Shown: positions 27,224 through 38,479, counted from the stretch's first letter. The stretch is DNA of 64,000 bases from an uncultured Nitrososphaerota archaeon (GCA_964636085.1 CAZWPQ010000004.1:979-64978), one strand, 5' to 3'. Numbers and translations: made by a program. The notes: generated by a model from the letters alone, not told the origin.

Positions 27224-29920
27224 CTATTCGTGCTTCATCAACACCTCGGGAAGCATCAAGAAGCCCAGGAAAGCTACACCAATCACAAATATCCAATCAA
27301 ATGGTTCTAGCGGAACCAAATGAAACCATACTCCAATAGGAGCATATACGAGCAACATCGTCAGGAAAGTGCACAGCACTACGGATAAAACCAGCCACTT
27401 ATTTCCTCTAAAGCCTATCCTAAACACGGACTTATATTCACTTCTGCAATTCCAAACAACAGCCAGCTCAAATAGAGATATCTGCATGAAAAGTATTGTG
27501 CTTATCCGATATGTGTCCTTTACCCCAAGAATAATGCTATAGTAGTAGTAGGTGAGCACGCATCCAAAGGTAAGTACTAGTGATGTCACCACAACAAATG
27601 TAAGCATTCCCGCTAAAAGACCTTCCTCAGGCCGCCTTGGTCCTCGCCTTAATTCCTCGTCAAAACTAGGGTCCCATGCTAATGCTGTAGCTGGGGGGCC
27701 ATCAGTAATAAGGTTTATCCATAGAATCATTGCAGGAGTTAACGGGATAGAGAAAAATACCAACATGCCAATAGTAACTATCAAAACCTCAGCCAAATTA
27801 CAACTTATCAAAAACCTCGTAAATGACCTTATCCTCCCATACACTTTTCTACCGTAATCAATAGCCCGGACTATCGTGGCGAAATTATCATCCAGCAGTA
27901 TCATATCCGCAGCTTCCCGCGCCACATCAGTACCTCGCTTGCCCATAGCCACCCCTATGTGCGATATCTTGAGAGCTGGCGCATCATTGACGCCGTCGCC
28001 AGTCATAGCGACAATATGGCCCTTTTTCTTCAAGGCCTTAACGATCTTTGATTTATGTTCGGGCATCACTCTAGCGAATATTCTTATCTTATCAATCCTT
28101 TGAGACAATTGTTCCTCATTGATTTCTTGTAGTTGTTTGCCCACCATTACTTCGTCGCCAGGTCTATATAAACCAATTTCCTCCGCTACAGCCTTAGCGG
28201 TTACGGCATGATCCCCAGTCACCATAATAACATTTATTCCTGCATTCTTGGTCTTCTCTATTGCGTCATAGACCTCTGGACGTGGGGGATCCATCATTGC
28301 GACGAGACCTAGAAATATTAGATCCCTCTCTGCTTTCTCATCAAGGTCATCATTATCAGGGGAAAATTCGCTCTTATCCATTATCTTGTATGCTATTCCA
28401 AGTACCCTATATCCCTTATTCGCATACTGCTCGAGTTTCGCCAGAATCTTACTCCTGATTTCATCGTCTATCTCGACATATTTTTCATATTCTATCTCTA
28501 TGAATCTACACCTACTCAATATTATTTCTGGTGCTCCCTTCGTACATACACAATAGTTCTTTTCTTCGAACTTATTTATTGTCGTCATCATTTTTCTTTC
28601 TGAGGAGAAGGGAATCTCATGTACTCTTGGATGCAGATCCTCCAAGCCAGCCTTGTGAAATCCTGCCTTAACTGCAGCCACCGCGATCGCCAGTTCTGTT
28701 GGATCTCCAATCAGCTCATCACCAATTGATACATTAGTACATAATGTACCTACTGTAAGCAACTTTGAAAGTAATGGATCCCTCATAGGAGATATTTCTT
28801 CTCCATTAACAAGAAACTTGCCTTCTAGATTATATCCAGTACCCGTTATTTCATACTCCCTAGAGAACGTATAGATATTCCTTATAGTCATAACACCCTC
28901 AGTTATTGTTCCCGTTTTGTCTGTACATATCACAGTAACCGAACCTAAAGTCTCTGCCGCCAATAAATATTTGACTAGAGCGTTCTTCTTTGCTAAGCGC
29001 CTGGCAGTTATAGCAAGAGTAACTGTCAATATGGCTGGGAGGCCCTCAGGCACTGCAGCTACGGCCAGACTAATAGCCACCATGAAACAATCCTTTATGC
29101 TCGAGAAACCGTATCTCTTTAACCCTACAATGAATATTATAACCATTAATACGATAATAGCCATAGCCATTTTCTTGGCGAATTCTGATAGTTTAATTTT
29201 GAGGGGGGTTTGCTCTTCCTGCGCCTCCTCAACTAATTTAGCAACTCTACCCAATTCCGTGTCCAATCCAGTGGCAACTATTATCCCTTTTCCTCTCCCC
29301 CTCACAACATGTGTCCCCATGTAAAGCATGTTTATCCTATCTGGTACGGGAGTATCTTCTGGGAGCACCCTATCCCTCTTGGATACTGGTAATGATTCTC
29401 CAGTTAATGGGGCCTCGTTAACCTCCATATTTGAGGACTCCACAATTCTAGCGTCCGCTGGTACGAGATCGCCCTCCTCCACAACTATAATGTCTCCAGG
29501 AACTAACTCCTTTGCAGGTATCTCCACCAATGAACCACTCCTTATGACCCTAGCCCTCGGGGCTGCATATTCCCTCAATTTCTCCATGACATTTTCGGCC
29601 TTATATTCCTGATAGACCGAGACACCAACATTAATGGCGATTATAACTAGAATCACAATCAGATCTATAATGTCACCACCGATAAATATGGATACGAGAG
29701 AAGCAAAAACAAGCATCAGTACAAATATATCCCTAAACTGCTTTAGAATTATCTTAATCAGACCTATTCTTTTTCTTCTAGGTATTTCATTGTAACCATA
29801 GATATCTAGACGTTTCGAGGCTTCATCATCTGTTAGACCCTTCTTAATATCAACGTCTAGGATTCTGGCAACTTCCTCAACGTCCATTGAATGCCACGGC
29901 TTATTCAAGTAATACACCAA
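27224..29920 (-). CDS. P-type cation-transporting ATPase (P2-type)
   Basis: 898 aa with 'PEGLP', 'ICTDKTGTITEG', 'MVTGDH' and 'MTGDGVNDAPALK' motifs and about 10 TM segments. Confidence 0.92.
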   Translation of the reverse strand: MVYYLNKPWHSMDVEEVARILDVDIKKGLTDDEASKRLDIYGYNEIPRRKRIGLIKIILKQFRDIFVLMLVFASLVSIFIGGDIIDLIVILVIIAINVGVSVYQEYKAENVMEKLREYAAPRARVIRSGSLVEIPAKELVPGDIIVVEEGDLVPADARIVESSNMEVNEAPLTGESLPVSKRDRVLPEDTPVPDRINMLYMGTHVVRGRGKGIIVATGLDTELGRVAKLVEEAQEEQTPLKIKLSEFAKKMAMAIIVLMVIIFIVGLKRYGFSSIKDCFMVAISLAVAAVPEGLPAILTVTLAITARRLAKKNALVKYLLAAETLGSVTVICTDKTGTITEGVMTIRNIYTFSREYEITGTGYNLEGKFLVNGEEISPMRDPLLSKLLTVGTLCTNVSIGDELIGDPTELAIAVAAVKAGFHKAGLEDLHPRVHEIPFSSERKMMTTINKFEEKNYCVCTKGAPEIILSRCRFIEIEYEKYVEIDDEIRSKILAKLEQYANKGYRVLGIAYKIMDKSEFSPDNDDLDEKAERDLIFLGLVAMMDPPRPEVYDAIEKTKNAGINVIMVTGDHAVTAKAVAEEIGLYRPGDEVMVGKQLQEINEEQLSQRIDKIRIFARVMPEHKSKIVKALKKKGHIVAMTGDGVNDAPALKISHIGVAMGKRGTDVAREAADMILLDDNFATIVRAIDYGRKVYGRIRSFTRFLISCNLAEVLIVTIGMLVFFSIPLTPAMILWINLITDGPPATALAWDPSFDEELRRGPRRPEEGLLAGMLTFVVVTSLVLTFGCVLTYYYYSIILGVKDTYRISTILFMQISLFELAVVWNCRSEYKSVFRIGFRGNKWLVLSVVLCTFLTMLLVYAPIGVWFHLVPLEPFDWIFVIGVAFLGFLMLPEVLMKHE

Positions 29921-30247
29921 ATTACTCTATGACCATAAAAATATTATGGCTTTGGATATTAAAATATAAAACCATTAAAATCCTAAAATACTAACCACTA
30001 AAAAAGACAATAGATGCAAAAAATTCTTATAGCAAGTAGACGTTTTGGCAAAATAGGATTTGTATCACAAAAAAATTGGCGTTCAAGGCTATATTCCTAT
30101 ACTAGATGTCCATTAATACATGCTAGATTAAACATTATGAATTTTACTCTGATTCGATTTATGATACATATCTCATAAGGATTTAGGTTAAATTCTGCTA
30201 GTGATGCATGTTTTATCGAATTGGACCCATCACATTAAAGTTTAATG

Positions 30248-31435
30248 TCAGTAAAATTTTTGCACCTTATATGTCTCTGTGCAGAGGGAAGCGATTATTG
30301 TCGAAAAAATCCCCGTTAGGAAAAGGGAGAAGAACATTGTTTCATAGTTATATTTCTCCACTAGGAACCCAACCATCATGGGGCCGATGATCATTCCAAG
30401 TGCTCTTGTAGTATTCATTAATGAGAGTACTTCACTTTCTCTTCCCTTAGGAGCAATATCTCTGACATATGTATTTGCCCCAGATATAAGTAGTGAGTAT
30501 GCAATTCCTGTAAATATGAAGCTTAGTGCGAATTCTAGGGATGTTCCTGCCCTCATGAAAAACATTGGTATTAATGAGGAGAGAAAGAAACCAGGAACAA
30601 ATATCCTTTTTCTACCTATCCTATCCACCAGCATACCTGATACTGGTATCAAAATTATTTGTGTCAAATTGTTAAAAGACGATATTATCCCTAAACTTTG
30701 AGATGATACACCCATTTTCTGCATATATACATAGATCAGCGAAAACAACCCCATTATGGCCATATGCCTGATGGTTAGCGCGATAACCAACAATATTCCC
30801 CTTCCAGCCAATAGATGCTTCACAAGAGGGATCGATAAGCTGGTGGCCAAGGCTTGTCTAGCAGTCAAATTTGTCCCTGTTTTGGCCGATTGGATTGGAG
30901 AAAATAGTACTATGACGGCTGAAGCCAGTGTGGTAAGGCTCGCTATAGTGAATAGCTCCATAACTGGGAAAAAGATCAGTGTTATACTCACTGTATAGCA
31001 GGACAATAGAAATCCTGTCGCTACACCCACATTAAAAATCGCTATTCTCTCCCCAAACATTCGGGGGGATACATTATATGTGATCCCTGCCTGTACTATA
31101 GGTGAATATGAGGCAGAGAAAAAGCCCGCAATAATCCTCAGGAGCAAAATATCGTCATAGCTACACAGTATTTTATGTAAATATGTCACTAAGCCTAACA
31201 GGATCAGATTTAGGACAACTATTTCCTTTCTTCTCCCCGTGGCATCGGCTATGTATCCCCAGAAGGGCGACAGAAAAATTATTGGGATCCAATATACGGT
31301 TGAAAGGAGAGCTATCCTCGCATCGGAGACGGCTCCCATAAAGTATACCTGTAGACCAATAAGTAGTATACCCGTGTTCATAATATATAGTGTAGTGGCT
31401 ATAAATACTGCCAATTCTAGCTTATGTTTAAGCAT
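30248..31435 (-). CDS. MFS transporter
   Basis: 395 aa with 12 TM-like segments and motif A 'GYIADATGRRKE'. Confidence 0.75.
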   Translation of the reverse strand: MLKHKLELAVFIATTLYIMNTGILLIGLQVYFMGAVSDARIALLSTVYWIPIIFLSPFWGYIADATGRRKEIVVLNLILLGLVTYLHKILCSYDDILLLRIIAGFFSASYSPIVQAGITYNVSPRMFGERIAIFNVGVATGFLLSCYTVSITLIFFPVMELFTIASLTTLASAVIVLFSPIQSAKTGTNLTARQALATSLSIPLVKHLLAGRGILLVIALTIRHMAIMGLFSLIYVYMQKMGVSSQSLGIISSFNNLTQIILIPVSGMLVDRIGRKRIFVPGFFLSSLIPMFFMRAGTSLEFALSFIFTGIAYSLLISGANTYVRDIAPKGRESEVLSLMNTTRALGMIIGPMMVGFLVEKYNYETMFFSLFLTGIFSTIIASLCTETYKVQKFY

Positions 31436-31449
31436 GTAAGCATCACAAC

Positions 31450-32166
31450 TTAAGAATCCTTTTGATTTAGTATTAGTGCCAGTAATTCTTTTAGATTATC
31501 TACGTTGATATCGGCTCTGCAGTTCCCTTGCCAAGAGCGTTTCAATATTCCCCTGTAATTCACCTTTACTGTACTTATATTGGGGCATGCGTCGTGTATT
31601 TCGTTTATAGGATCTGGCTTATCATCTATAAATAGTATTTCCCCAAAAGCCACTCCATATCTTCTGGATATATCAATGACAGCTGAGGGCCTATCCTCTA
31701 CATCATCCCCTACAATAATTATCTCCTCAAAAAATTTTGCTAAGGGCGAGGACTCAACACGTAGTTTTTTAAGGCCTCTTTTACCGTCATTGCCGGCTAG
31801 GACTATAACCTTTATTCCCTGTCTTGTTATGAATTCTAGGAATTCTTTTGCACCACGGATTATTGTGCTTCTCTTCTTCCTCATTCGCCAGAATAAGTCG
31901 GCAAGGTTATTAATTATGTTTTCATTAACATCGATAGCAAATTCCCTAAATAGTCTAGGCCACCATTTTCTATGGTCATAGTTTTTTCTTGCGTCCTCAA
32001 TATCCTCATACTCTATTGCCCTCTCTACAAACTGCTCTAATCGGCTTAGAGGAACCCCCGCCATTTTTCCTATTTCCCTATATATCTCTGGCAGACAACT
32101 ATAGCTGTCCACTAGAACCCCATCAAAATCTGTCAATACTACTTTTATTCTCCTCAATATCCTCAC
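31450..32166 (-). CDS. HAD-superfamily hydrolase
   Basis: 238 aa. Motif I is 'VVLTDFDGVLVDS'. A late 'FIDDKPDP' motif is also present. Its start overlaps the upstream MFS stop by 4 nt. Confidence 0.75.
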   Translation of the reverse strand: MRILRRIKVVLTDFDGVLVDSYSCLPEIYREIGKMAGVPLSRLEQFVERAIEYEDIEDARKNYDHRKWWPRLFREFAIDVNENIINNLADLFWRMRKKRSTIIRGAKEFLEFITRQGIKVIVLAGNDGKRGLKKLRVESSPLAKFFEEIIIVGDDVEDRPSAVIDISRRYGVAFGEILFIDDKPDPINEIHDACPNISTVKVNYRGILKRSWQGNCRADINVDNLKELLALILNQKDS

Positions 32167-33548
32167 CCAGAATTATTTAGATACATTTCCTCTAAAAGTT
32201 CTTTCCTCTTGGTCAGGATCGATGATATTATTTGTTTGTCTTGTGGAACGCTGTGAGATAGAACAAACCAAAAGAACGCGGAGATAAACCAGCATGATAC
32301 CGCCAGCATTAATGGTATTCTTATATCATTAAGAATATCTATGAGAAAACCAATAATTGCAATGCCTATCGATTTAGAGAACAACTCCACTATGTTTATT
32401 CCCGAAATAACTGTTGCTCTGTGTTCGGGCAGATTAACGTCCGATATTACACTATTCCTAATCGAGCCTATGGGGCTATTGAAAACTATGGCGAGAAAAA
32501 AGAGCATCAGTGCCAAGGCCACGACCCCAGAGCTCTTAACCATTGACAACACACTTATTAGGGCCGCTCCAAAACTATTTTCACTGGACTCTAACCTAAG
32601 CGGGACCGTAAGAAAGATCATTATGAATAACCCCGCAAGAAAAGAACATACCCCCGCGATCCTAGGCCGCATTCCAGGGGAATCCCTGTATGTCTTATCA
32701 GCGAGATTGGCCACTGGTATTCCACCAAATGCCCCCAATACTGATAGCCCCATAAATACGGATGCTATCAGCTCATTTGCCCCAGCCTCTACTACTAAAT
32801 ATTGCAGCATCCATACCTCGATGGATCCGGCAGCTATTATGCCAAAAATTCCCTGTAATGCTATGTATCTATTACTGCTATTCCCCACAATATATCTTAT
32901 ATCGGAGGGACGAAAGGAAAATGGATATACGTGTATCTTCGACAAGACAGAGCTTAGCTCCTCCTCAGAAAAACCCTTAGGGGGCTCAGGCACTACTACT
33001 GCTAGGGGAATGCCAACAATTAGATCTATAGCCCCAAGGATCAATATTGGGAATCTCCAATTCATATATTTGGCCCCTAGAAAAAGACCAAGTGCAAATC
33101 CTAATACATAGCCAAATCCGGCTAGTATCTTAAAGAGCATAAGATTTACTGAGCGTCTTTCACTCCCAACAAAGTCTATTAGTATGGTCATTGATAGTAT
33201 CGTAACAACACTTATGGCCATTCCAGCTAATATATACGCTGCAGCAAAAAGATAAGGATTTTCAATCCAAGTACTCAGAATAGTTGTGAAGCCACAGATT
33301 ACTATCCCTACCAGCATTAATAGTTTTCTCTTTATCCCAACAAAATCCGACACAATCGACCAAACTAATGACCCAATCCCAGTTAAGAAGATATAGAGCC
33401 CCATAAATAGGCCGACATATGAGTATGATGTGCCCATCGATGTTGCAATGGGCCTAATGTTTGGAATAAGAACATAGAAGTGAGAATACTGAAGTATCGA
33501 CAACAATGAAAGACATATAAAAACTATCCATATCCTTATTCTCCCCAT
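32163..33548 (-). CDS. MFS transporter
   Basis: 461 aa with about 12 TM segments and a motif-A-like 'SDFVGIKRKLL'. Confidence 0.75.
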   Translation of the reverse strand: MGRIRIWIVFICLSLLSILQYSHFYVLIPNIRPIATSMGTSYSYVGLFMGLYIFLTGIGSLVWSIVSDFVGIKRKLLMLVGIVICGFTTILSTWIENPYLFAAAYILAGMAISVVTILSMTILIDFVGSERRSVNLMLFKILAGFGYVLGFALGLFLGAKYMNWRFPILILGAIDLIVGIPLAVVVPEPPKGFSEEELSSVLSKIHVYPFSFRPSDIRYIVGNSSNRYIALQGIFGIIAAGSIEVWMLQYLVVEAGANELIASVFMGLSVLGAFGGIPVANLADKTYRDSPGMRPRIAGVCSFLAGLFIMIFLTVPLRLESSENSFGAALISVLSMVKSSGVVALALMLFFLAIVFNSPIGSIRNSVISDVNLPEHRATVISGINIVELFSKSIGIAIIGFLIDILNDIRIPLMLAVSCWFISAFFWFVLSHSVPQDKQIISSILTKRKELLEEMYLNNSG

Positions 33549-33608
33549 ACTACGTACACCACTAACATCACGTATAACAACAAGAACACAAAAAAGTACA
33601 CATAGATA

Positions 33609-34322
33609 TCAAACATCACCATGGAAATCCTCCAAATTAATCTCACATAATATATTCTTAAGAAACCACCTTATTATCCCCACCCTCCTCTTTGCTATAA
33701 TCCTAGCTAACGGAGTATTCATTAGTTCTGGCAACTTCAATATCTTTTCATAGAAATGAGCCAGACTGCCACCCATCCTTGGGTTGACAAAATCATATAG
33801 ATCTCTCCCGCGATAAGCACCGAAGGAAAATACTCTAGCAATCCCTATAGCTCCCAGAGCATCTAGACGATCGGCATCCTGGAGTATTTGAGACTCTATA
33901 CATGATGCATGTCTAGAATAACTATAGCTATGTTCCCGTATTATAGTGGCTATATCCTCCGCATATATGGAGAATTCCGTATTTTTCAGAAACTCCTGAG
34001 CAAAAATAGCAGATTTCTCTGCGTGATTTTCTTCGCCCCTCATGATATCATGAAACAAGGAGGCGAGAACAACCCTCGTCAAGTCCCCACCATACTTCTT
34101 ACAAAGAACAATACTTATCTCTAAAACCCTAAACATATGCTCAACTCCATGCCCTGGTGGAAAAACCCGCTTTATCTTACCCAATGCTCTGCCCAACAAT
34201 TTTGACGCATCATAGATAATCCTCTCCTCTTCGCCAGTAAGCTCTATTCCTAGCCTCCTTAGTCTCGATACAGCGATAGCCGCCCTGTCCTCTAAGACCG
34301 ATATATCCATAATCAAAAACAC
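33609..34322 (-). CDS. HD-domain metal-dependent phosphohydrolase
   Basis: 237 aa with 'HGVEHMFRV...LASLFHDIMR' (H...HD) and a later 'DADRLDALGAIG'. Confidence 0.8.
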   Translation of the reverse strand: MFLIMDISVLEDRAAIAVSRLRRLGIELTGEEERIIYDASKLLGRALGKIKRVFPPGHGVEHMFRVLEISIVLCKKYGGDLTRVVLASLFHDIMRGEENHAEKSAIFAQEFLKNTEFSIYAEDIATIIREHSYSYSRHASCIESQILQDADRLDALGAIGIARVFSFGAYRGRDLYDFVNPRMGGSLAHFYEKILKLPELMNTPLARIIAKRRVGIIRWFLKNILCEINLEDFHGDV

Positions 34323-34791
34323 CTAGGAATTAAACTAATACTACATAAATAAAGCACAAATCATTATATCACGAAAAGACAATAACATAAAAACAATAAG
34401 CATCCATCACAAAGACACTATGAGGCTCTCCAAATCCTAATGGGTCAACATGCCAGAAAGAAAATCCGAACTTTTCTAGATACTACCCTGTCCAATCTGA
34501 GGGTTCGACATTCTTTGTTATATCAATCATACACTCATACACATGTCGCAATTCAACGAAACACCCAACAACGAGTGAAAGCAAGATATAAAAAATTATG
34601 CATATTTCGCCATGGAGAGCATATACACGTATGGTAGACAAAATAAAGTTTTGTCCCTCTATTGAGGACTATTAGATCTGCAAATCCAGACTCCATATTT
34701 GGGCTTGTTGTTGACAACACGAGAGGCCGATGTAGTGAGAGAAGTCCAGCATGCTACTGATAAGCTTAATATCATAATTAGTTGTATTGTA

Positions 34792-35715
34792 CTAGGACGC
34801 GCTCTTTATCAGCGAGATTGTCTTTACTTTCCCGTATTTTTTCACGATACTTTCCAACCTTTCGATGGATTTCTGAAAGAAGGGGCCAGCGATTTTCATG
34901 ATTCCTATAAGGAAGCCAATGATTACTGTGATTGATGGAACTAGAGCCATCAGTATTATGTATATGAAGAGCATTAATGCTGTTGATACATCTCCAACAA
35001 TTGTAACTAGTTCTGAGTACATTGGTGCCAATGCAGCGATCGATCCCATACCCACAACAATTGTGAGTACGAATTGCTGAATTCTGCTTGGGTATGTGAT
35101 GGTAAGGTTCTTTTTGAGGGCTCTAATGCTTGATTTATCTCTGAGTATATAGGGGGATACTAGGAATAACAATATGAAGGGGATCAATGTTCTTATAACG
35201 AAACCCAAAGCTATAAAATAGCTTTCCAGTATATCCTGGCCTCCTATGGCAATAATCCTTGTGATAACCACCACTAGACCAAACACAATATACGAATAGA
35301 GAAACACTGAAGATATAGAGTTCTCAGGATTAGCATCTATAATCACCACGTTTGAAAGTCTAATCTTTTTTTCCAATGCTATCTCTATACCGAAGAGTGG
35401 AGCTATAATAAACACTATGACGGGGGTCACCGCAATACCGACGGCTATACCTATCAATAGCTGGATTATACCTTGACCCACAATAAATAATTTAAAAGAT
35501 AATATTACGTTCCCATTCTCCATTGCTTCGCTCCAAACTCTAACCCATATGTCTGAGATCGGACCAACCAAAAATAAGGCTACTATGAAACAGACTATAC
35601 ATAGAACAATTCTTTTATGCTTATACTTGGAGCAATCCACATGACTCCCCCTATGCAGATAAATATAAAACACACAGACAAAAATCTCCGATATTTCCTT
35701 TAAAAACATTGTCAT
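34792..35715 (-). CDS. Hypothetical polytopic membrane protein
   Basis: 307 aa with multiple hydrophobic segments. No motif recognised. Confidence 0.5.
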   Translation of the reverse strand: MTMFLKEISEIFVCVFYIYLHRGSHVDCSKYKHKRIVLCIVCFIVALFLVGPISDIWVRVWSEAMENGNVILSFKLFIVGQGIIQLLIGIAVGIAVTPVIVFIIAPLFGIEIALEKKIRLSNVVIIDANPENSISSVFLYSYIVFGLVVVITRIIAIGGQDILESYFIALGFVIRTLIPFILLFLVSPYILRDKSSIRALKKNLTITYPSRIQQFVLTIVVGMGSIAALAPMYSELVTIVGDVSTALMLFIYIILMALVPSITVIIGFLIGIMKIAGPFFQKSIERLESIVKKYGKVKTISLIKSAS

Positions 35716-36092
35716 TTAATAACAGATGGACATCAAAAAAATATCAACAATGTAAATACCCAAAAAACAACTAAACAGTTAAATGATTGTACCAACACCA
35801 AGAATACTTTATGGAAAATCATTAGTAGTTTATCGCAAAAGTCCTTAATGGCTTAGTAGGCCTAAAGATAAATCCAATAAATATGCTAAAAAACGCGTGA
35901 AACATTGTTTTGTAAGCTTAATACTATCGGCTCTATTTTATTTGGATGTAACTATCTACTATTTTATCTAACCTACAACAAATTCAGATTCCAAAAGTCT
36001 ATACGATCTCGAAGTATTCCATATCTTTGATAAATCACCAAATTTTTAATCTAAAAGTGTTGTAGTTTTTCTAAAGATACTATAAGAAAGCC

Positions 36093-36542
36093 TCATAATA
36101 GTAGTGTTGGGATTTTTGTAGGCTTCGATGTTTGTGGGTCGATTCTTAAATTTAACACATCCATACTTAGCCTCCCGAGGATTGCTGATGCGTTTATTGG
36201 AGCGAGTAGTTTCCGTATACTCTTTTCTACCTCTGTCTCTGTCGGCACTAGAACCTCGTGGATCGAGGCAACGAGATCATTGTCGAGAACTATTGCTATT
36301 CCTGACAACAATACCTTAAATCTTGATGGCTTATCGCATATTCCTTGTGTTGTTGTTTCACCCAAATCCAGTGTTCTGATTCCACCAATAATGTCCTTTG
36401 GTATTATCGATTTGGATGCACCAGTATCAACTAGGAATTTTATCCTTCTTTTATCGACGTTATCCCATGTGATCTCTTTGCAGAGGTACTTTGAAAGGTC
36501 GTAAAGGTCGCAGATAAAGCCTCTCCATAACAACTCCTCCAT
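36093..36542 (-). CDS. Retropepsin-like (clan AA) aspartic protease
   Basis: 149 aa. 'FLVDTGASKSIIP' contains the D-T-G-A active-site motif, and the size fits a single-lobe dimeric retropepsin. Confidence 0.6.
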   Translation of the reverse strand: MEELLWRGFICDLYDLSKYLCKEITWDNVDKRRIKFLVDTGASKSIIPKDIIGGIRTLDLGETTTQGICDKPSRFKVLLSGIAIVLDNDLVASIHEVLVPTETEVEKSIRKLLAPINASAILGRLSMDVLNLRIDPQTSKPTKIPTLLL

Positions 36543-36635
36543 AAACCTTCATTTAGAGAACTAGGCATATACACAATATTTGATAAAAAACCTTTTTTAT
36601 ATGTTGTACAATAATTTATGTGTATTATAATTAGG

Positions 36636-36643
36636 TTTTATAG
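36636..36643 (+). promoter_or_regulatory. TATA-like box for the archaeal ATPase gene
   Basis: 'ttttatag' is centred about 26 nt upstream of the ATG at 36666, which supports that start (leaderless). Confidence 0.35.
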
Positions 36644-36665
36644 TGAATTTATCCATTGTTTTTTC

Positions 36666-38045
36666 ATGGGGATGTTCTTGAAGCGTCAATCTCCATTTAT
36701 CTATGAGGATTTTGTTCCTAGGGAAAAGTTTTTTGACCGAGATGAGGAACTCGAGTTTTTTCTTGGGAGTATAAGTGTAAAGCGTAAGATTCTTCTCTAT
36801 ATTGTCGCACCATTGAAGTATGGGAAAACAAGCCTGATGATGAGGTACTATGAGATGCTTAAAGATTTTGATGACATTATTCCAATATATGTTGATCTAA
36901 AAAGAAAGGAAAGGCCAATATGGTACATTGTGAAAGAGTTAAAAAGAATTGGTATCGATGTTGAGGAGATATATAATGTTTGTCTAAAGGAGACTAGCTT
37001 GGAGCCATTGTTTGACGCCATAAACGGCATCATTAGAAAAAACAATAAATGGTTGTTTCTTCTATTCGATGAGTTTCACCTATTGCCGTCAAGAGTCAAA
37101 AGCGAGGGGTTCTACGATAGGTTTAGTAGTGATGATATATTTGGCTTTTTTAGGGGCTTCGCCGAGGGCGCTAGGATTAGCTACGTTGTTTGCGGATCAA
37201 TAATTGAACCATTAATGAATGCTTTGGATGTTTGGGGGGGACGTTTTGAAATAATATATTTGGGGCCTTTTAAAAAGCAGGATGCCATAGAAATGATCAA
37301 AAAACTGTTTGAGGAGGGAGGCATGCTCATTAGTGACGAGGATGCTAATATCATTGCGGAGGCCGCGGGTTATCATCCATTCTACATACAATATCTGGGA
37401 CACCATATTTATATCGCTGGAAAAATCGATAAGACATCAATTAGAAACGCCAAGAAAAGACTTTATAACTTTCTCATCCCGATTTTTGAGGAGTACTTTG
37501 AGAAAATTATGAGCATAAAGGATAACCCAGAAAAGGTTATAATGAAAATATTGAACAAGGAGACATTAGAACCAAGAGAAATAGTAGTAGTAGCAAAACT
37601 AAGAAGAATGGGAATAATAAAGCCATCCAATGGAGAGTATATTTTCGTGGATCCATTATTTAAGAGATACCTAAAAAACATAATCCAAGGCTACAAACCC
37701 ATCGAAATAACGATTGTTGGACATTGGGCAGAACGAATTATTGGAAACTACCTACTTCGGAAAGGCTATACCCCATACTATTCTCATGACAGCCGAGGAG
37801 CATTCGACATCTATGTCAAAATTGGAGAAAACAACGTCGGTATACAGGTAAAATACTCAGCCACAGGAAACACAAGATTAACAGACAAAGACATAGAAAA
37901 AATACATAAAACCGCAAAGGAAACCGGCTGGATACCAATACTAGCACTAGTCTCCAAGAAAATAACCTTCCACAAAATAACAGAAGCCAAGGAATACAGA
38001 GAAAGCAACGGCGAAGAAAACATAGAAAAAGTACTATATAAATGA
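36666..38045 (+). CDS. Archaeal ATPase (COG1672/PF01637-type AAA+) with C-terminal DUF234/PD-(D/E)xK-like domain
   Basis: It has an 'FFDRDEELEFF' N-terminal motif, Walker A 'PLKYGKTSL' and Walker B 'LLFDEFHLL'. The C-terminus 'GAFDIYV...VGIQVKYS' is nuclease-fold-like. The tracked ORF begins at 36618. Confidence 0.75.
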   Translation: MGMFLKRQSPFIYEDFVPREKFFDRDEELEFFLGSISVKRKILLYIVAPLKYGKTSLMMRYYEMLKDFDDIIPIYVDLKRKERPIWYIVKELKRIGIDVEEIYNVCLKETSLEPLFDAINGIIRKNNKWLFLLFDEFHLLPSRVKSEGFYDRFSSDDIFGFFRGFAEGARISYVVCGSIIEPLMNALDVWGGRFEIIYLGPFKKQDAIEMIKKLFEEGGMLISDEDANIIAEAAGYHPFYIQYLGHHIYIAGKIDKTSIRNAKKRLYNFLIPIFEEYFEKIMSIKDNPEKVIMKILNKETLEPREIVVVAKLRRMGIIKPSNGEYIFVDPLFKRYLKNIIQGYKPIEITIVGHWAERIIGNYLLRKGYTPYYSHDSRGAFDIYVKIGENNVGIQVKYSATGNTRLTDKDIEKIHKTAKETGWIPILALVSKKITFHKITEAKEYRESNGEENIEKVLYK

Positions 38046-38293
38046 AGTTCTCTTGGAATCCCAATGGATTACCTCTATGCCATTATTAAAAAAGTTCGCT
38101 CCTCACGAACAGCAAGCCGAGACAAGTAATCAGCACTAGAGGGATCAAATCGAGAACTAGCATTTGAGAGAAGGGGGAAAAGATAATCTCTGTGAATTGT
38201 CTCTGGAATATCGTAATTTTTAAAAGTAATATCGCAAGAAATATAGTAGTGTTTTAAAATAATAGCTAGATCGCAGATAGGAGGTGTGGTGCT

Positions 38294-38479
38294 ATGGCTT
38301 TGCGGTGTGCACTCTGTGGAAAGAAAAAGGGTTTATTTGAGAGTTTTGTTCAGTGTATACATTGTGGGACGGTGTATTGTAGAAAGTGCTACAAAAACTT
38401 CAAGTATAAGGGCCTCATAAAGACAAGGGGTAATACTGTATGTCCTCGATGCGGAAATAAGGGTTTTCGATCGGTTTAG
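38294..38479 (+). CDS. Small zinc-ribbon protein
   Basis: 61 aa with four CxxC pairs (CALCG, CIHCG, CRKC, CPRCG). A strong SD-like 'aggaggtg' lies 8 nt upstream of the ATG. Confidence 0.55.
   Translation: MALRCALCGKKKGLFESFVQCIHCGTVYCRKCYKNFKYKGLIKTRGNTVCPRCGNKGFRSV

Noticed and set aside
32341-33111. Long antisense 'shadow' ORFs opposite real genes. Examples are 32341..33111 (256 aa), 61229..61768 (179 aa), 51999..52511 (170 aa), 15413..15889, 10975..11436, 21009..21476, 25587..26147 and 62033..62560.
   Set aside because: Each lies entirely inside a gene with strong motif support on the other strand. Their translations are S/I/L/F/T-rich and low in complexity, which is typical of the antisense of K/E/I-rich AT-rich coding sequence. 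None has a recognisable motif.
34502-34510. 'ggttcgaca', a T-loop-like sequence in the 34.3-34.8 kb intergenic region. I checked it as a possible tRNA.
   Set aside because: No complementary T-stem, acceptor stem or anticodon arm could be built around it. I found no canonical GGTTC(G/A)AATCC or its reverse complement anywhere in the window.
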